DNA of 64,000 nucleotides from Lepidodermella squamata (Eukaryota > Animalia > Gastrotricha): NCBI GenBank assembly GCA_047495785.1, contig JBLDXI010000020.1, positions 1,178,001-1,242,000 on the forward strand, in the 5' to 3' direction. Made by a program: the position numbers and the translations under genes. Each line of letters begins with the position of its first letter. Position 1 is the first letter of the stretch. This document shows positions 11,749 through 23,274 of this stretch, in pieces. The notes under the pieces were generated by a model that saw only the letters and a program-made list of their open reading frames with translations, made no database searches and was not told the origin of the DNA.

Positions 11749-14700
11749 TCAGGGTTCCGTATTCCCGTTTCGTATTCCCGGAGTATCAACGTACGAGATA
11801 GCAATAAGACGAGTACCCTTTGTGACAGCAACGCCTTCGTGTAAGTGAGTGAGCCCGCCGGGATGAATAATGATAGACCCCAACGGCTGCCGAGAAACTG
11901 TACAATTGTAGCTGGCGAAATGAAGCCCACCACCTTCGTAGTCGACACCGTCTCTGCTGAGCGCGACGTTAGTTGAATAAGTGCTAGGGTCAAAATGAAG
12001 TCCCAATCCAGGCTGTTCCTCCGGCTTATATCGTGAGGCAAAAGCACGATAGACGTTGCATGGGGTCTTGTATCCAGGAAACGAAAATTCAACTAAGGGC
12101 TTTATATAGCGATTGCACAACTCAATCCATTCACTTAGGAACTCGACTTGTCCCATCTGCTTGCCGACGGTAGACAACTTCGCAGGATCGTCCGAGGGGC
12201 CGAGGCTTACAGCTGCCCAATCATCGAACTGACTAATCACATCGACGAAATGATCACAGAAATCTGAAGTGAAGATAGGGTATTGAAAAACATCACGACA
12301 AACTTCATTAGTGTCCCGTGGCGGGGCAGTGCCCTGGCTAATTTCTATCATAATCTCCCGCCAAGCAGGGTCAATATAGACTTTCGTCCACTCGAAATTA
12401 TTCCTTATTACTTCATAGATGTCTGGACGAGAGCGATGTACTCTGTAATCTTCGGAATCGATCAAGTGTCCAAAATCAACCAGATTTGTCACGTAAGGAT
12501 AGAATAAGTTTCCTCCAGATGCTGGTTCTACAGTAAATCGAACTGTATTATTGGCGATGTATTTCAGCTCGTCGAAAATGCTCGTCCTAAACATAATTGC
12601 TGCAGAGACCTCTGGGACACTCCACAAGCCACTATGGGATAAATAAAATTCAGCGATGAAGCAATTTGTTAAACAGAATAAATACCGTTTCTTTTCTTTG
12701 ATGATGTCAAAATATTGCGATGGCTGATTCGAATAGTTCGCTGTGACATCATACCTGAAGTTGGCTGTTACTACGTCAGCTTGCGTAAGCAAAGGAGATA
12801 TCAAATCAGTTCCCAGCCTAAGAAGAATTTTGAGGCTATCCGGATTTGTCAGCCTTGCACGGGCATCGAGAGCGAAAACGTGTGTGATTTCGATTGAGGA
12901 ACTCATGCTAAGGAAAAATCTCTGAAAATATAGAAACTACCTCGACATAATTTCTTACATCATTTGACTCAGCGCCTCAACTTCTGAAATTGACCGACTT
13001 TCATCGCAGCTGATATACCTGAAGTTGAGAAATGCCCCGAAATCCAGCGCACGAACTACCGCACTAACGTCGTAATCATGGTAACACTCCGAATTATATA
13101 TCAATAAGGCGATTTTGTTTTTAGGATAATTGAGCTCAGGTAGAACATCGAAAGCCATTTTGATGAAAGGCGTTGGCACCCGAACGAAAATTCCGATTAG
13201 GACACCATGCAAGCTATCTACCTATTGAAAATCAGCGACATGTTTATGATAGCAAACACAGAAATTGATAACTCACATCCTCTTCATGCGTGATAATTTC
13301 CTCGAGAGCTTCCAATCGTGTTCTGCCGTCATTTAATGAATTCCCATTCAGAATCACGTCGGCAAGGTAGTTGAAGGTGACAGAGTATTTCCGGGACGAT
13401 GTTAACATTGTCGGTGCGCTTCTCGTTCGACTATTGAACAAAAATACGGTGCTACCAATCGACTTGACGCTAACTTCATGCTCCGCTCCATCCAATAATT
13501 GAAAAAGCCTTCCGTCCTGATCAATTCGTATGGTTACTTTTCCGCTTTTTAAGTTCCGCTATTTCATTTCCGCCGAATTTTTTTCCGCTATGATCATTTC
13601 CGCCAATTGTCTTTTCCGCTACAAGTACACTTCCGCCAGTGATATTTCCGCCAATCAGCTTTCCGCCAAAGTTGATTTCCGCCAAGAACATTTCCGCTAA
13701 ATGTCATTTCCGCCAATAAAATTTCCGCTATATTGCACTTCCGCTTTTTGGCTCTTGGATTTCAACTTTGAAAATGCTGAAACCATGACGACGGAAAATT
13801 GGAGAAACGCTGGAACGTTAATTTGTCAAGTCGAACTAACACGTACAGCTAATGACAAGATAATTCGCCTTAGTTTTATTTGGCATGATACCTATATAAG
13901 ATACGACCAAATGCAATCGAATCATCACACCTAATTTGAAGGCAGTTTATTTCATGCATTTCATGCTTTAGCCTTTTATGCAGCTTCGCTGCTAACCTAC
14001 TCGAAGCCGCTGAACGGTTTCACTACGAATAATGTATTGATTCATACTGAGCGCTCACTTTCCCATTTCACTTCAAAATAAACCGTGTATCTTTAAAGCC
14101 CTTTGCAGTTTTGTTGAATAATCTGATTTTTTGAATCTGAAAAATCACCTTGGCGAAAAGGATTGAAGGCGGAAAACGTGCATAGCGGAACTGTCAGTTG
14201 GCGGAATTTCTGATAGCGGAAGTGTGCCATAGCGGAAATGTATATAGCGGAACTCATATTGCAGCGGAAATGAAAATAGCGGAAAACGCAATAGCGGAAA
14301 TGGTCGTCGGCGGAAAAAAATGTAGCGGAAATGAAATAGCGGAACTTAAAAAGCGGAAAAGTAACCAAACCGATCAATTTTTACCGCTTTATCGGTAGAT
14401 TCGAAAGCATCTTGCATACTGTGAAATTCGGATTTGGGGTCAAATATTTCGCAGAGGCTTCTCGCGTGGCCAATGAAGTTGGTAATTGTAGGAATTTCCG
14501 AAATTTTCGAAGAAAACAGAAGATATCTCAGCCATTTCGTTATAATTCCTACGAAGCTCGTTGTCCTAATAGGAGATATGTTTGCCGATATCACCACATC
14601 GGCATTCAGTTTCCTAAATTCTGACAACATCTCTTTGGCTCCGACTGTTAGAATACTAACAGGTTGAATGAACAAAACGACCGAGGAAGGGCTTTGCTGG

Positions 14701-14966
14701 CAGAGTTGTTTCAGTTCATTCTCCACGGCGGTAAATATTTCGTATTCTGTCTGTAATGTCGCCCCGTTATAAGTTGGCAATGGTGTAACTGAAAGTCCGA
14801 AAATAGCTGCTGATTCTTGCAGCAGGTTGAAGTAATGTTTATTGCTTGTTGCGGTCGTATAGACGTGCAAATTTTCCGGCTCATGGGCTGAAATTCCAGC
14901 TAAGGCGCTAATCGTGATTATCAGCCCAACGAATATTCTGACAATCGAATTATTCTGGGCATACAT
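11749..14966 (-). CDS. PLOD: Procollagen lysyl hydroxylase (PLOD/LH)-like protein; exon 1 interrupted by a transposon and one junction apparently frameshifted, so possibly a pseudogene
   Basis: Signal peptide; GT-like and accessory domains (VLIGIFV..PTPF...LNYPKNKI); C-terminal Fe/2OG domain LHFD...YEGGG...HPGGLTHLHEG..VTKGTR; exons approx. 14966-14372 (TE) 13526-13277, 13221-12959, ~12921-11749. Confidence 0.85.
13527..14371. mobile_element. Non-autonomous DNA transposon (Merlin- or MULE-like) inserted in a PLOD coding exon
   Basis: 8-bp TSD GATCAATT (13519-13526 and 14372-14379); TIR GGTTACTTTTCCGCTTTTTAAGTTCCGCTATTTCATTTCCGC; arrays of TTCCGC / GCGGAA subterminal repeats. Confidence 0.88.
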
Positions 14967-15333
14967 ATATAAATAATTTAATGATATCCTGAAGCTATTC
15001 TAAAGCTGGTTAATAGGCGTAGTATATCCGCTAGAGATAGTAGTATTTTCCTACAATAGAGCCAAGGATAATCGTTTCCAACGCTGCATATAACATGGGC
15101 ATACAGTGTCTATTTAGCGTGCAATAGGCGGACCATCATCGAGTCATTCATTGGCAAACGCTGAGATGGTAAACATGGCATGCGGATGCGCAGTTTCCTA
15201 TAAAGAATTAAGAATTAATTAGGAAATTGCGCTCCTAATTTCAATACTTTTTTCTTGTGCAAATAATTAACTTCAATAATTTTTATTCTGAAATCCTGTA
15301 CATTTAAAAATAACGCATCAACTACGGTGAAAT

Positions 15334-15732
15334 TTAGAAAATAAAATAACGAATAGTTGATACAAAACTAATAGCCAACATATATGTTGAAGTTATACAA
15401 TAATTAGCTGAAGCTCCATTTAGGTTACAAGAATCTTTTTGGCAGCAATATGTAACGTATGGGCCAGTGGGCATGGGGCCCGGGCAGAATGGCGAGCAGA
15501 ACCTTTCGACTTTCCTAATACGCAAAAAAATAGCCAGAATTTGAGAAAGTCTTGATCGCAAAGCTTACGAGTAATAATTGTAATTGGTCGATATTTGAAC
15601 GCAGTAATTGTAACCGCCAGGACAGGTCAGCAGATCAGCCGAGGCGTTATTGCAATCTGCACAGCTGAAGCACCTCAGACCGTAAGACTTTCCGACCAAT
15701 GCCAGTATGAGGAGTAACAAAACCGCTCTCAT
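15334..15732 (-). CDS. Ly6/LU-domain GPI-anchored protein 3 (10 Cys); exons 15732-15569 and 15514-15334
   Basis: MRAVLLLLILALVGKSYG-LRCFSCADC...TCPGGYNYCVQ...|RFCSPFC...YCCQKDSCN plus hydrophobic tail; exon 1 is not in the ORF track. Confidence 0.9.
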
Positions 15733-16229
15733 CCTATGACAAAAAAATTGCCGAAAAATTACGAACTGAGTAGGAATATTCTGATCTTGTATTTGATATA
15801 ATATGTGTACCGGAATCCTCGAGCCCCGATACGTCTAGGTTCAGATACAAAGGTAAAAGGCTTCCTGCGTCATGGCGCGGGTGCTAATGAGTGCTTTCAA
15901 CATCGGAAGGACATCGTATGAGTATCTCATTATTGTCATTACCGCAGGTAGAACCTAAAAAAATGTAAAGCCACACTCCTGCGATGAGTGCATGCGTTGA
16001 CCCACTCGTAGCGTCTTGAAGTAAAGGCCGAACAGGGTACTTATTATCGCCTGTTTACTCACCCTTATAATGAATTTATTATACAGCATTTTGTTTGTTT
16101 TATCCCGATCGCCACCTTCACGTTTACCCATAATAAATACCTGCGCGACATCAAGATAATCTACGCATTTTCTAGGAACGGATAAAAATAATGGTTTATT
16201 TTTACGATGATCGCATGAACAATTTCGAA

Positions 16230-16683
16230 TCATAGCGGGAAGATAGAGATCGTTAAACATGCTGTAATCAATGAGATGAAGTTGAAATCACTGATTTTTC
16301 TATTAGTTGTGGCAGCATTGCATCCTTCCAAAGTACAGCAACTGTATCCGAATCCATTCTAAAAATTATTGGGCGAGAAAATCAAGCTATTTTGTTATGC
16401 TGCTAATTTCTACCTGTGTCGCATCAGCTGGGCAAAAATCAGCGCAATATTTGTCGGCATATCTATTGCAAGGCTAGAAAAAATATATTTTCATTCGATT
16501 GCGAAAATGTTACCGAACGAATAGGCCATAGCCGCGATAGGTCACGCAGTACTTGAATCGGTAGGGACATTCCTGCAAAAACCCGATGTTGTAACAATTC
16601 GAGCATTGGTAGCATCGCAGCGAATGTAATGGTTGTAGCAAGGCGCAAATTACGAGTAAAAATTCCCTTGATATTGATTTCAT
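16230..16683 (-). CDS. Ly6/LU-domain GPI-anchored protein 4 (10 Cys); exons 16683-16514, 16462-16414 and 16358-16230
   Basis: Hand translation MKSISREFLLVICALLQPLHS-LRCYQCSNCYNIGFLQECPYRFKYCVTYRGYGLFVR|YADKYCADFCPADATQ|NGFGYSCCTLEGCNAATTNRKISDFNFISLITACLTISIFPL*; splice phases agree; missed by the ORF track. Confidence 0.9.
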
Positions 16684-17159
16684 CTTTCATAGAAGTCGGA
16701 AGAATAGACGTGACTGGTTCTGTCCATTTAGAACTGGGAACTGGGTTTTTCCTCCTTGTTGACCAAGCCTGGCGATTTGACGGCAAATAAATGCGCTTAT
16801 ATATCTAGGGTAATATTTACTGCCGGATGCAAGAAAACAAGCACTGCCGGTTCTTTGAAGTAGCGAAAATTATTTTACCTCGTAATGCATGTAAAACGTA
16901 AAACCGAAGTCACAAATTTAAATCGAAATTGAAAGCTGTATTTCTCTTCCCCGCGACCGATCGTCTGTACCCTTTCGGGTTTTGAGGAAGGCAAACCAAC
17001 AAATTAGCCACCCGCCCACACGGCACAAGTCACAAATTATAATAGGTAAATAAAAAATAAGTATACATTTTTTCTCGGCATTATATAGCATCATCAACTT
17101 TACAAATTCTAAATTTTGTCCTTTCGATTTTAATTCGACCTTGAACTTCAACATCTCGC

Positions 17160-19720
17160 TGTTGGAACCCAAGTCAGAAACGTGCCCGAACGCGTTCGGG
17201 TATACCCGAGCCCGACTGGGTAATAGCGTTTTGCCTGTCCGCACTCTGGCTGTTTCAAATGCTGCCCGTATGCAGCGTTTACGTTAAATTGATGAAAATG
17301 AAGCAAATCCCGCATGAGTGGACACGGGTAGGAGCAGGTGTCAGCCCGAGTACGGCTGAGAGAACAATAGAACGAACGGCGCATTGTTTTTACTCTGGAG
17401 GCAATTCCGCACTTGGGATAGCGATTTACCCAAGTCCGACATGTAAAAATAGGGCGCGCCTCACTTAATTATTGACTTGAGCTCGTCTTCATTATATCGT
17501 CATTTTTATCATCATTTTTTGTTAAAATAAAAGAAATAAATGCCTGGCATTTTTGTTTATTCTTTAGTCAATTTTTCTGATTGACTCAGGTAGTAGCCGT
17601 TTTTGCGTGGTGATGAGGCACTCAGTTGCAGTAAGCTGTTTGAAATTGCCGTTAATCGGACGCATCTGATGTCATTCGTGATAAATTTGATTAAAGGCAG
17701 CGGCGTGGCGCGTCTTTGGTTGATCACGCATTCCGCCGCTCAATCGTCGCTCAACATAGGCGCAGACGTCTGCGCGCCTTCCAGGGCCATTGACGGCGCG
17801 AGAAAGGACACAGATCTCAACTACTCTCACGCAACTAGAGGTAGTCCAATATTCCGAAGTATTCCGTATTCAGTATTCCAATTTAATTCGGAGTAAACGT
17901 TCTTAAATTGTAAGATTTATTGTAATTTGTAACGTTTAGAACGTTCATTCTAGTCCCGTTATTTCTGAAATAACCAAGTCGCATGCTGACCCCATCATCC
18001 TAAGTATTACCTGCAGAATTTGTTATCCATTATCTCTGGCAACTATATACCCGTTTCAGGACGCTTGGCTAATATGTTCATTTATTTCTTCTTGCTAAAA
18101 CTACTCGCACAGCTCAAGCCTCCTTAATTAGGCCGGTTTTAGAAATGGGGCTTTCTTAGAACTCAATTCCTAAATGCCTCCTAAAATTGTGGATTATCTT
18201 AGAAATTCATTTTTCCTTAGTGTTATCGCTAATTAATTTAATTTTTAATTTTAAGTAATTATCCTAAACCTTAAAACATCCAAAGAAAATTCTAGTTACT
18301 CCAGTGTCGTTATGTCAACTGTTATTTATTAATAACAGCGGGTTTTTGTTGTTTAAAACAATAAAATATATATATTTCATCAGTTTTCCATAAAAGTTTA
18401 ATTTTTCTATCCTCGGGCTCCGCTCATTTTCTACCTTAGGCTGCTTTTAGGGGTGGGTGTTTTTTAGACCTGAACCCTCTGAAAATTTGTCGATAGTTTT
18501 CAACATTTTCAACATTTTCCTTATCTTTCCTTGATTAATAATTGATTTATTCATGATTTTTTATATTTAGATTTGTTCGATTATTTAGATTATTAATAAT
18601 GTCGTTGAACCCTTCGATCGCCAAGGAGCAGCTGCTCGACCAGGCCGTCGTCGAGGTCGCGGTGGAGCTACTTGACGGTGTTACCTGGATGCCGGCCGTC
18701 GCTGACCCTCACATCCCAGGGGTGTACTGGGTGATTGGCCACAACATCCGGGTAATTTTCCCTGCACCCGAACGCATTGACCCGGAGGAGGAAGCCGAGG
18801 AAGCTCGCCTTGCCGAGCAAGAGCACGTGGCATGTGGGCCTCGGGTGCTCTCCTTACCAGGCGCTCTTCGGCATTCCGCCTCGCCTAGGTGCCTACTCTG
18901 TTCCCGGGCTGCCGTTCGACGTTGTTCCCACCATCGAGAACAAAAAAGACCTGAAGCGCGTTCTCAATCTAGGTATGTTGTTATTTCGCAAATTCTACTT
19001 GCAAAGAAAATTTGCCGTTAAATATTATACTATTGTTTCTGTTTTCTAAAAGCCTTCGTCAGCTGAGAATTAGGATAAATCTTGCGACTCTCGGGAAAAA
19101 AAATTGTATATTATGCCATACTTGTAATAATCATGTTATAAAAAATCTGAAAATCCGACAAAATTGTTGTACAGTTCACTTAATATATAACATAATTTCT
19201 GAGAAACTCTGGAAAAATCACAAAAAAATAATTGTATTATCTATGTATTTATAAGATAATTGTTTGTCCTGTTGTAGCATCGGTGGAATTTGCGAGATTT
19301 GACTGGTTTTTGAAATGGAAAATAAAAATAATGCGACCGTTATTTTGCTGCCTTGTTTCACTAAAATTTCTGCCTTTTCTTTAAAAATGGTTAATAGCAT
19401 GGCGCGCCCTGCTATTATGGTAGTCGATAGTCGAACTCGGGCATCAGCGGTGCCCAAGCCCGGAGAAGTATAAAAGTATGACCTCACGCAGAACAATGCG
19501 CCGTTCGTTCTATTGTTCTCTCAGCCGTACTCGGGCTGACACCTGCTCCTACCCGTGTCCACTCATGCGGGATTTGCTTCATTTTCATCAATTTAACGTA
19601 AACGCTGCATACGGGCAGCATTTGAAACAGCCAGAGTGCGGAAAGGCAAAACGCTATTACCCAGTCGGGCTCGGGTATACCCGAACGCGTTCGGGCACGT
19701 TTCTGACTTGGGCCCCAACA
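17160..19720. mobile_element. Ginger-type (Ginger2/TDD-like) DNA transposon, non-autonomous or degenerate
   Basis: TGT...ACA termini, 4-bp TSD TCGC (17156-17159 and 19721-19724), nearly perfect TIRs of about 229 bp (17160-17388 and 19492-19720), internal integrase C-terminal remnant HVGLGCSPYQALFGIPPRLG. Confidence 0.85.
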
Positions 19721-19990
19721 TCGCCACAAGTTGCTAAATCCTAATTATCCTAATTTTTTTTAAAAATGGCGTCAAATTGTTAAAATTTTGTTTATTAACG
19801 CGGGAAAAGCAAGAAACATATCACAAAATTCCCAGCCAATATCAGACGTGTATATACCACTTTAATAGCGACTTTGGCAATCAGATGAATCATCATGATA
19901 AACGATGCCATAATTTCGTCGCATTTGACCGAAAATTAATAACGTTTAAAATTTAAATTATTACAGTTCATAATATAACACAATGGCGAA

Positions 19991-21770
19991 TCAACTTTTG
20001 TATATGATTTCAGTCAGCAGTTGATGCTGATCAAGCAAGTCCTTCCTAACCGCCGTTGAATCGCTCATGGCGCTTAAAATTTGATTTGAAGCCTGGAGAA
20101 CAGCTTTCAGAAGCGAATCGATATCAGCCAAATCGAGATCCGGAACGCGATCTATCATCAGGTTTCGCAAAGAGCCCGCAACTTGGGTGACGTGGGTCGA
20201 CGCGGATAGATCAGGAAGATCTATAAATAAATAGGAACTTTAAATTCATTTTTTTGTGATTTTAAACACTGCCTTTGTTGAAGAATAGAGCAGCCGATAT
20301 CAGATCCATAATGCCAGCCGCCTTTGACAGATCCAATTCTCCAATCACTGCGTCGAAATCGCTGATCGCTGCCTGTTTTGATTATTTAAAGAATTTCAAA
20401 AAATTGATTAATCGAAACAACTGGAAATAATCCTGATGAATTTACGTGAATTTTAGGGTAGTGTTGAAATATCGCCGTTTTCGCGTTTGAATCCAGCAGC
20501 AGGCAGTTCGAGTAGCCGCCTTCGGTCGATTGGGAAATAGCGAGGCAGCTTATCGGATTGAATGCGTTGATCGTCAGCATGATTCGATCGTTCATTGGCA
20601 GCTCTTTGAAACCTGTTTGCTCACACGGGACAGAAAGCAGAGCAGGCAAGCGCGCGGCGAAGCGCGAAAGGTGAAAATTGAAACAAAAAACAAAACACAT
20701 GATTAAACTGGGTACAAATTAACATTATTTCCATCTCCCAGCGCGGGAAATTTTCTCTTATTTTGCTGTGCCAAAGCAGGTTCGACTGACAAGCTAATTT
20801 TATTGTCGAAAGGGAATGAAAATGTTAAGCATGATCAAGCAACAAAAAAGGGCTACTATAAATTTGCAGAAATTAATTACTGCTTACCTGTTAGATTTTT
20901 TATAAATTTTAAAGCGAAAGATAGGCGAGCCTCAAAAGAAATGAGAAGCAACAACCAAGTCATTTCCGATGTGATCGGGGCATCACACTCAATTCGCATC
21001 TGTCAATATGCAACGATTACAGGTGACTTATAAGAAATTTAGATGAAAGCTCACCTGTTTCAGCTGTTCGAGCATTTGAACGCCAGAGATGCTAGAAGAA
21101 TTTTCATGGCCTTCATCCTGGAAGGGTGAGACAAAATTCTGATAAAAATTGCTGGCAATACGTTGCGAAATGTTTTCGCGGCTGTTATCGCCGAAATCGG
21201 CAGAATGCCCGTTGATCATCACTACAGGCATTTTCGTCGTCTGACGGCCGATTTTCGGCGGCGAGGATGACGATGAGCCGTCATCGCTGTTGATCTTGCA
21301 ACTTTGCCGCTTCGCCTCACGGTAATTTATCGGCGATTTCAGCAGGCCGTCATTCTGCGCCAGGCGGTTGTAGCCGCCCGCGATTTCCGCCCGTCTGGCG
21401 TCAGACCGCCGGCCGGGCGGCGTGTGGCAAACGAGCGACATGCCAGCGGCGAGGCAGCGCTGGTAGCGACAGGCGCGGCACTGCTTTTGAAACGGCGTTA
21501 TTTCGCACCGGCGCGGGTTGTTCGCATTGGTGCAGCGGTGCAAATGCTGGTTCAGTGACACGTCGCCGTCGGTTTGGTACAACCGAACGGCTGTTCGGCG
21601 GAAAAAGCTTTTACACGCCTCGCAGGTTAGCGCAGAAAAATGAAAGCCAGTCGATCTTTCGACGAGTGGAATTACGAACGAAATTTAATTGCAACAAATC
21701 AAACTTACGATGCCCCACAAACGGTGCATGGAATAAACTGGAGATCAAAATGTTGGCCGTTGCTCTCCAT
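19991..21770 (-). CDS. Divergent nuclear hormone receptor (C4 zinc-finger DBD plus LBD), about 6 exons
   Basis: CTVCGAS|STGFHFSALTCEACKSFFRR...C...C...QCRACRYQRCLAAGM; LBD signature FIKNLTG|FKELPMNDRIML; AF-2-like LLTEII at the C-terminus. Confidence 0.9.
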
Positions 21771-22074
21771 CACAATAGCTTCGTGTAAAATAACCATAAA
21801 TTAGCCTAAGATTTTAGCCAGAAAAATGCCACGATTCGATTATTTCTGATGCTAAGAGAAGGAATAATTGTTTGAAAGAAATTTTTGACGCAGCACGCCT
21901 TATTAGTTGACGCGGTTTAATTGCAAGGAGACACGATTACGCAACACAGTGAAAGAATTGCTTTAGAACTAGGCATTACAGCCAGTGTTGAATCACAATT
22001 GAGACGCTCCGCCAGAAAACAGCCCATATGTATTCACTGTTATTTGAGAACTTCCGCAGAAAGCAACCAACATA

Positions 22075-23198
22075 GAGGACCCCGCCCTAATTTCGGCCGC
22101 TTTTCAGGTTTTTCCTACTTTGCCAGCCAGGTGAATTTTTAGAAAATATTCGGCAAAAGCAAAATTAAAGAGGCGTTCATAGGCTATCGAATGCCGCTTT
22201 CCGCAAGTCCGGACGAATTTACCTTGATTTATGGCTAATTTTTTAGTCACCCAGACACCCGGCCGGAATTAGGAAGCGGGGTGCCCTAATTTCGGCCACC
22301 TCATCCAGGTACACTAATACCATAAGTTTGGTATCGTTAGATTCGTCTCAAAAAGCTGACTATAAAAACCGCCTTTGTTGCTTCACCTGTGAGCTTATCC
22401 TTGACGACGTGATGCCTGAAACTTGAACTAGTTTTGACAGGTACAAGTTTGATAACTTGTTTTCTACCTAATAGCCTAACTGCGGTTGACTTTCTAAAAT
22501 TCTGGAAAAATATCTAAAAAATCCCTTGCCTCCTGTAGAATGAAAGTATCGATTTTGTTTTCCCGAATTCATTTCCACGATTTAGTGTAAGTTCGTACCG
22601 GAAAATTCATATCGTGGTCATTTCGTACCACACAAATTCATATCGTTATTCTAATCCTCGCATTGCTTTGGGTATGAAAAAATCACTAAAAATGTTATGA
22701 AAAGATCACCACTTTTGGTACGAAATGACAGCGGTACGAAATTGCGGGTACGAAGTTACACTTTACCTTTCCACTATTGGCTGCTAATTTTTGGAATCGA
22801 ACCCTCGAAAACTCTAAAATTGGCCCTCTCGATCTCTTCACTTGGGCGGTTTTAAATAGAATATTTTATACCAAAATGAAGCTGGCATTTAGCTGGTAAT
22901 TATTGAGGTGAAAGCAGTAAATTTTAAAGAGCCACTTTCATGTAAATTATACCTGCAAAGTAGCGGTAACAGAGCACTCGAGAAGCGACATAAGCCCGCT
23001 CGCTCGCATTTAGAATTATTTTTTTGCGATCACGTGCTTGAAAAATCATGAAACAGATGGGTTCAACAATGCACATTTCTTGAATTGCGCGCAAATAAAA
23101 CTGCTGCACAGCACTTTGTGTCCAAATTTCGGCCGGTGGCCGAAGTTAGGACGCAGCGGCCGAATTTAGGAAGTGGCCGAAATTAGGGCGGGGTCCTC
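22075..23198. mobile_element. Non-autonomous DNA transposon flanked by TA (Tc1/mariner-pogo-like or Sola-like)
   Basis: TIR GAGGACCCCGCCCTAATTTCGGCC / GGCCGAAATTAGGGCGGGGTCCTC, TA on both sides, subterminal copies of the CCTAATTTCGGCC motif. Confidence 0.8.
22579..22767. mobile_element. Small MITE nested in the 22075-23198 element
   Basis: 7-bp TSD TTTCCAC (22572-22578 and 22768-22774); arms with TTCGTACC / GGTACGAA repeats. Confidence 0.7.
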
Positions 23199-23274
23199 TA
23201 TAGACATTAATTTTTCGAAAATTTGTTTTTATCGTTATTTATTACATATTGGCGTTAACAGTATCAAAGTACCG

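Noticed and set aside
13540-14360. Regularly spaced TTCCGC/GCGGAA repeats resembling a CRISPR-like array, and the ORFs overlapping them
   Set aside because: Repeats are about 6 bp, mirror-oriented in two arms and bounded by TIRs and a TSD, so they are transposon subterminal repeats
16463-16786. 107-aa minus-strand ORF in the track
   Set aside because: Wrong frame; the real product is the spliced Ly6 protein starting at 16683
17148-19744. Duplicated ORFs MRRSFYCSLSRTRADTC... on opposite strands
   Set aside because: They are translations of the two TIR copies, not genes
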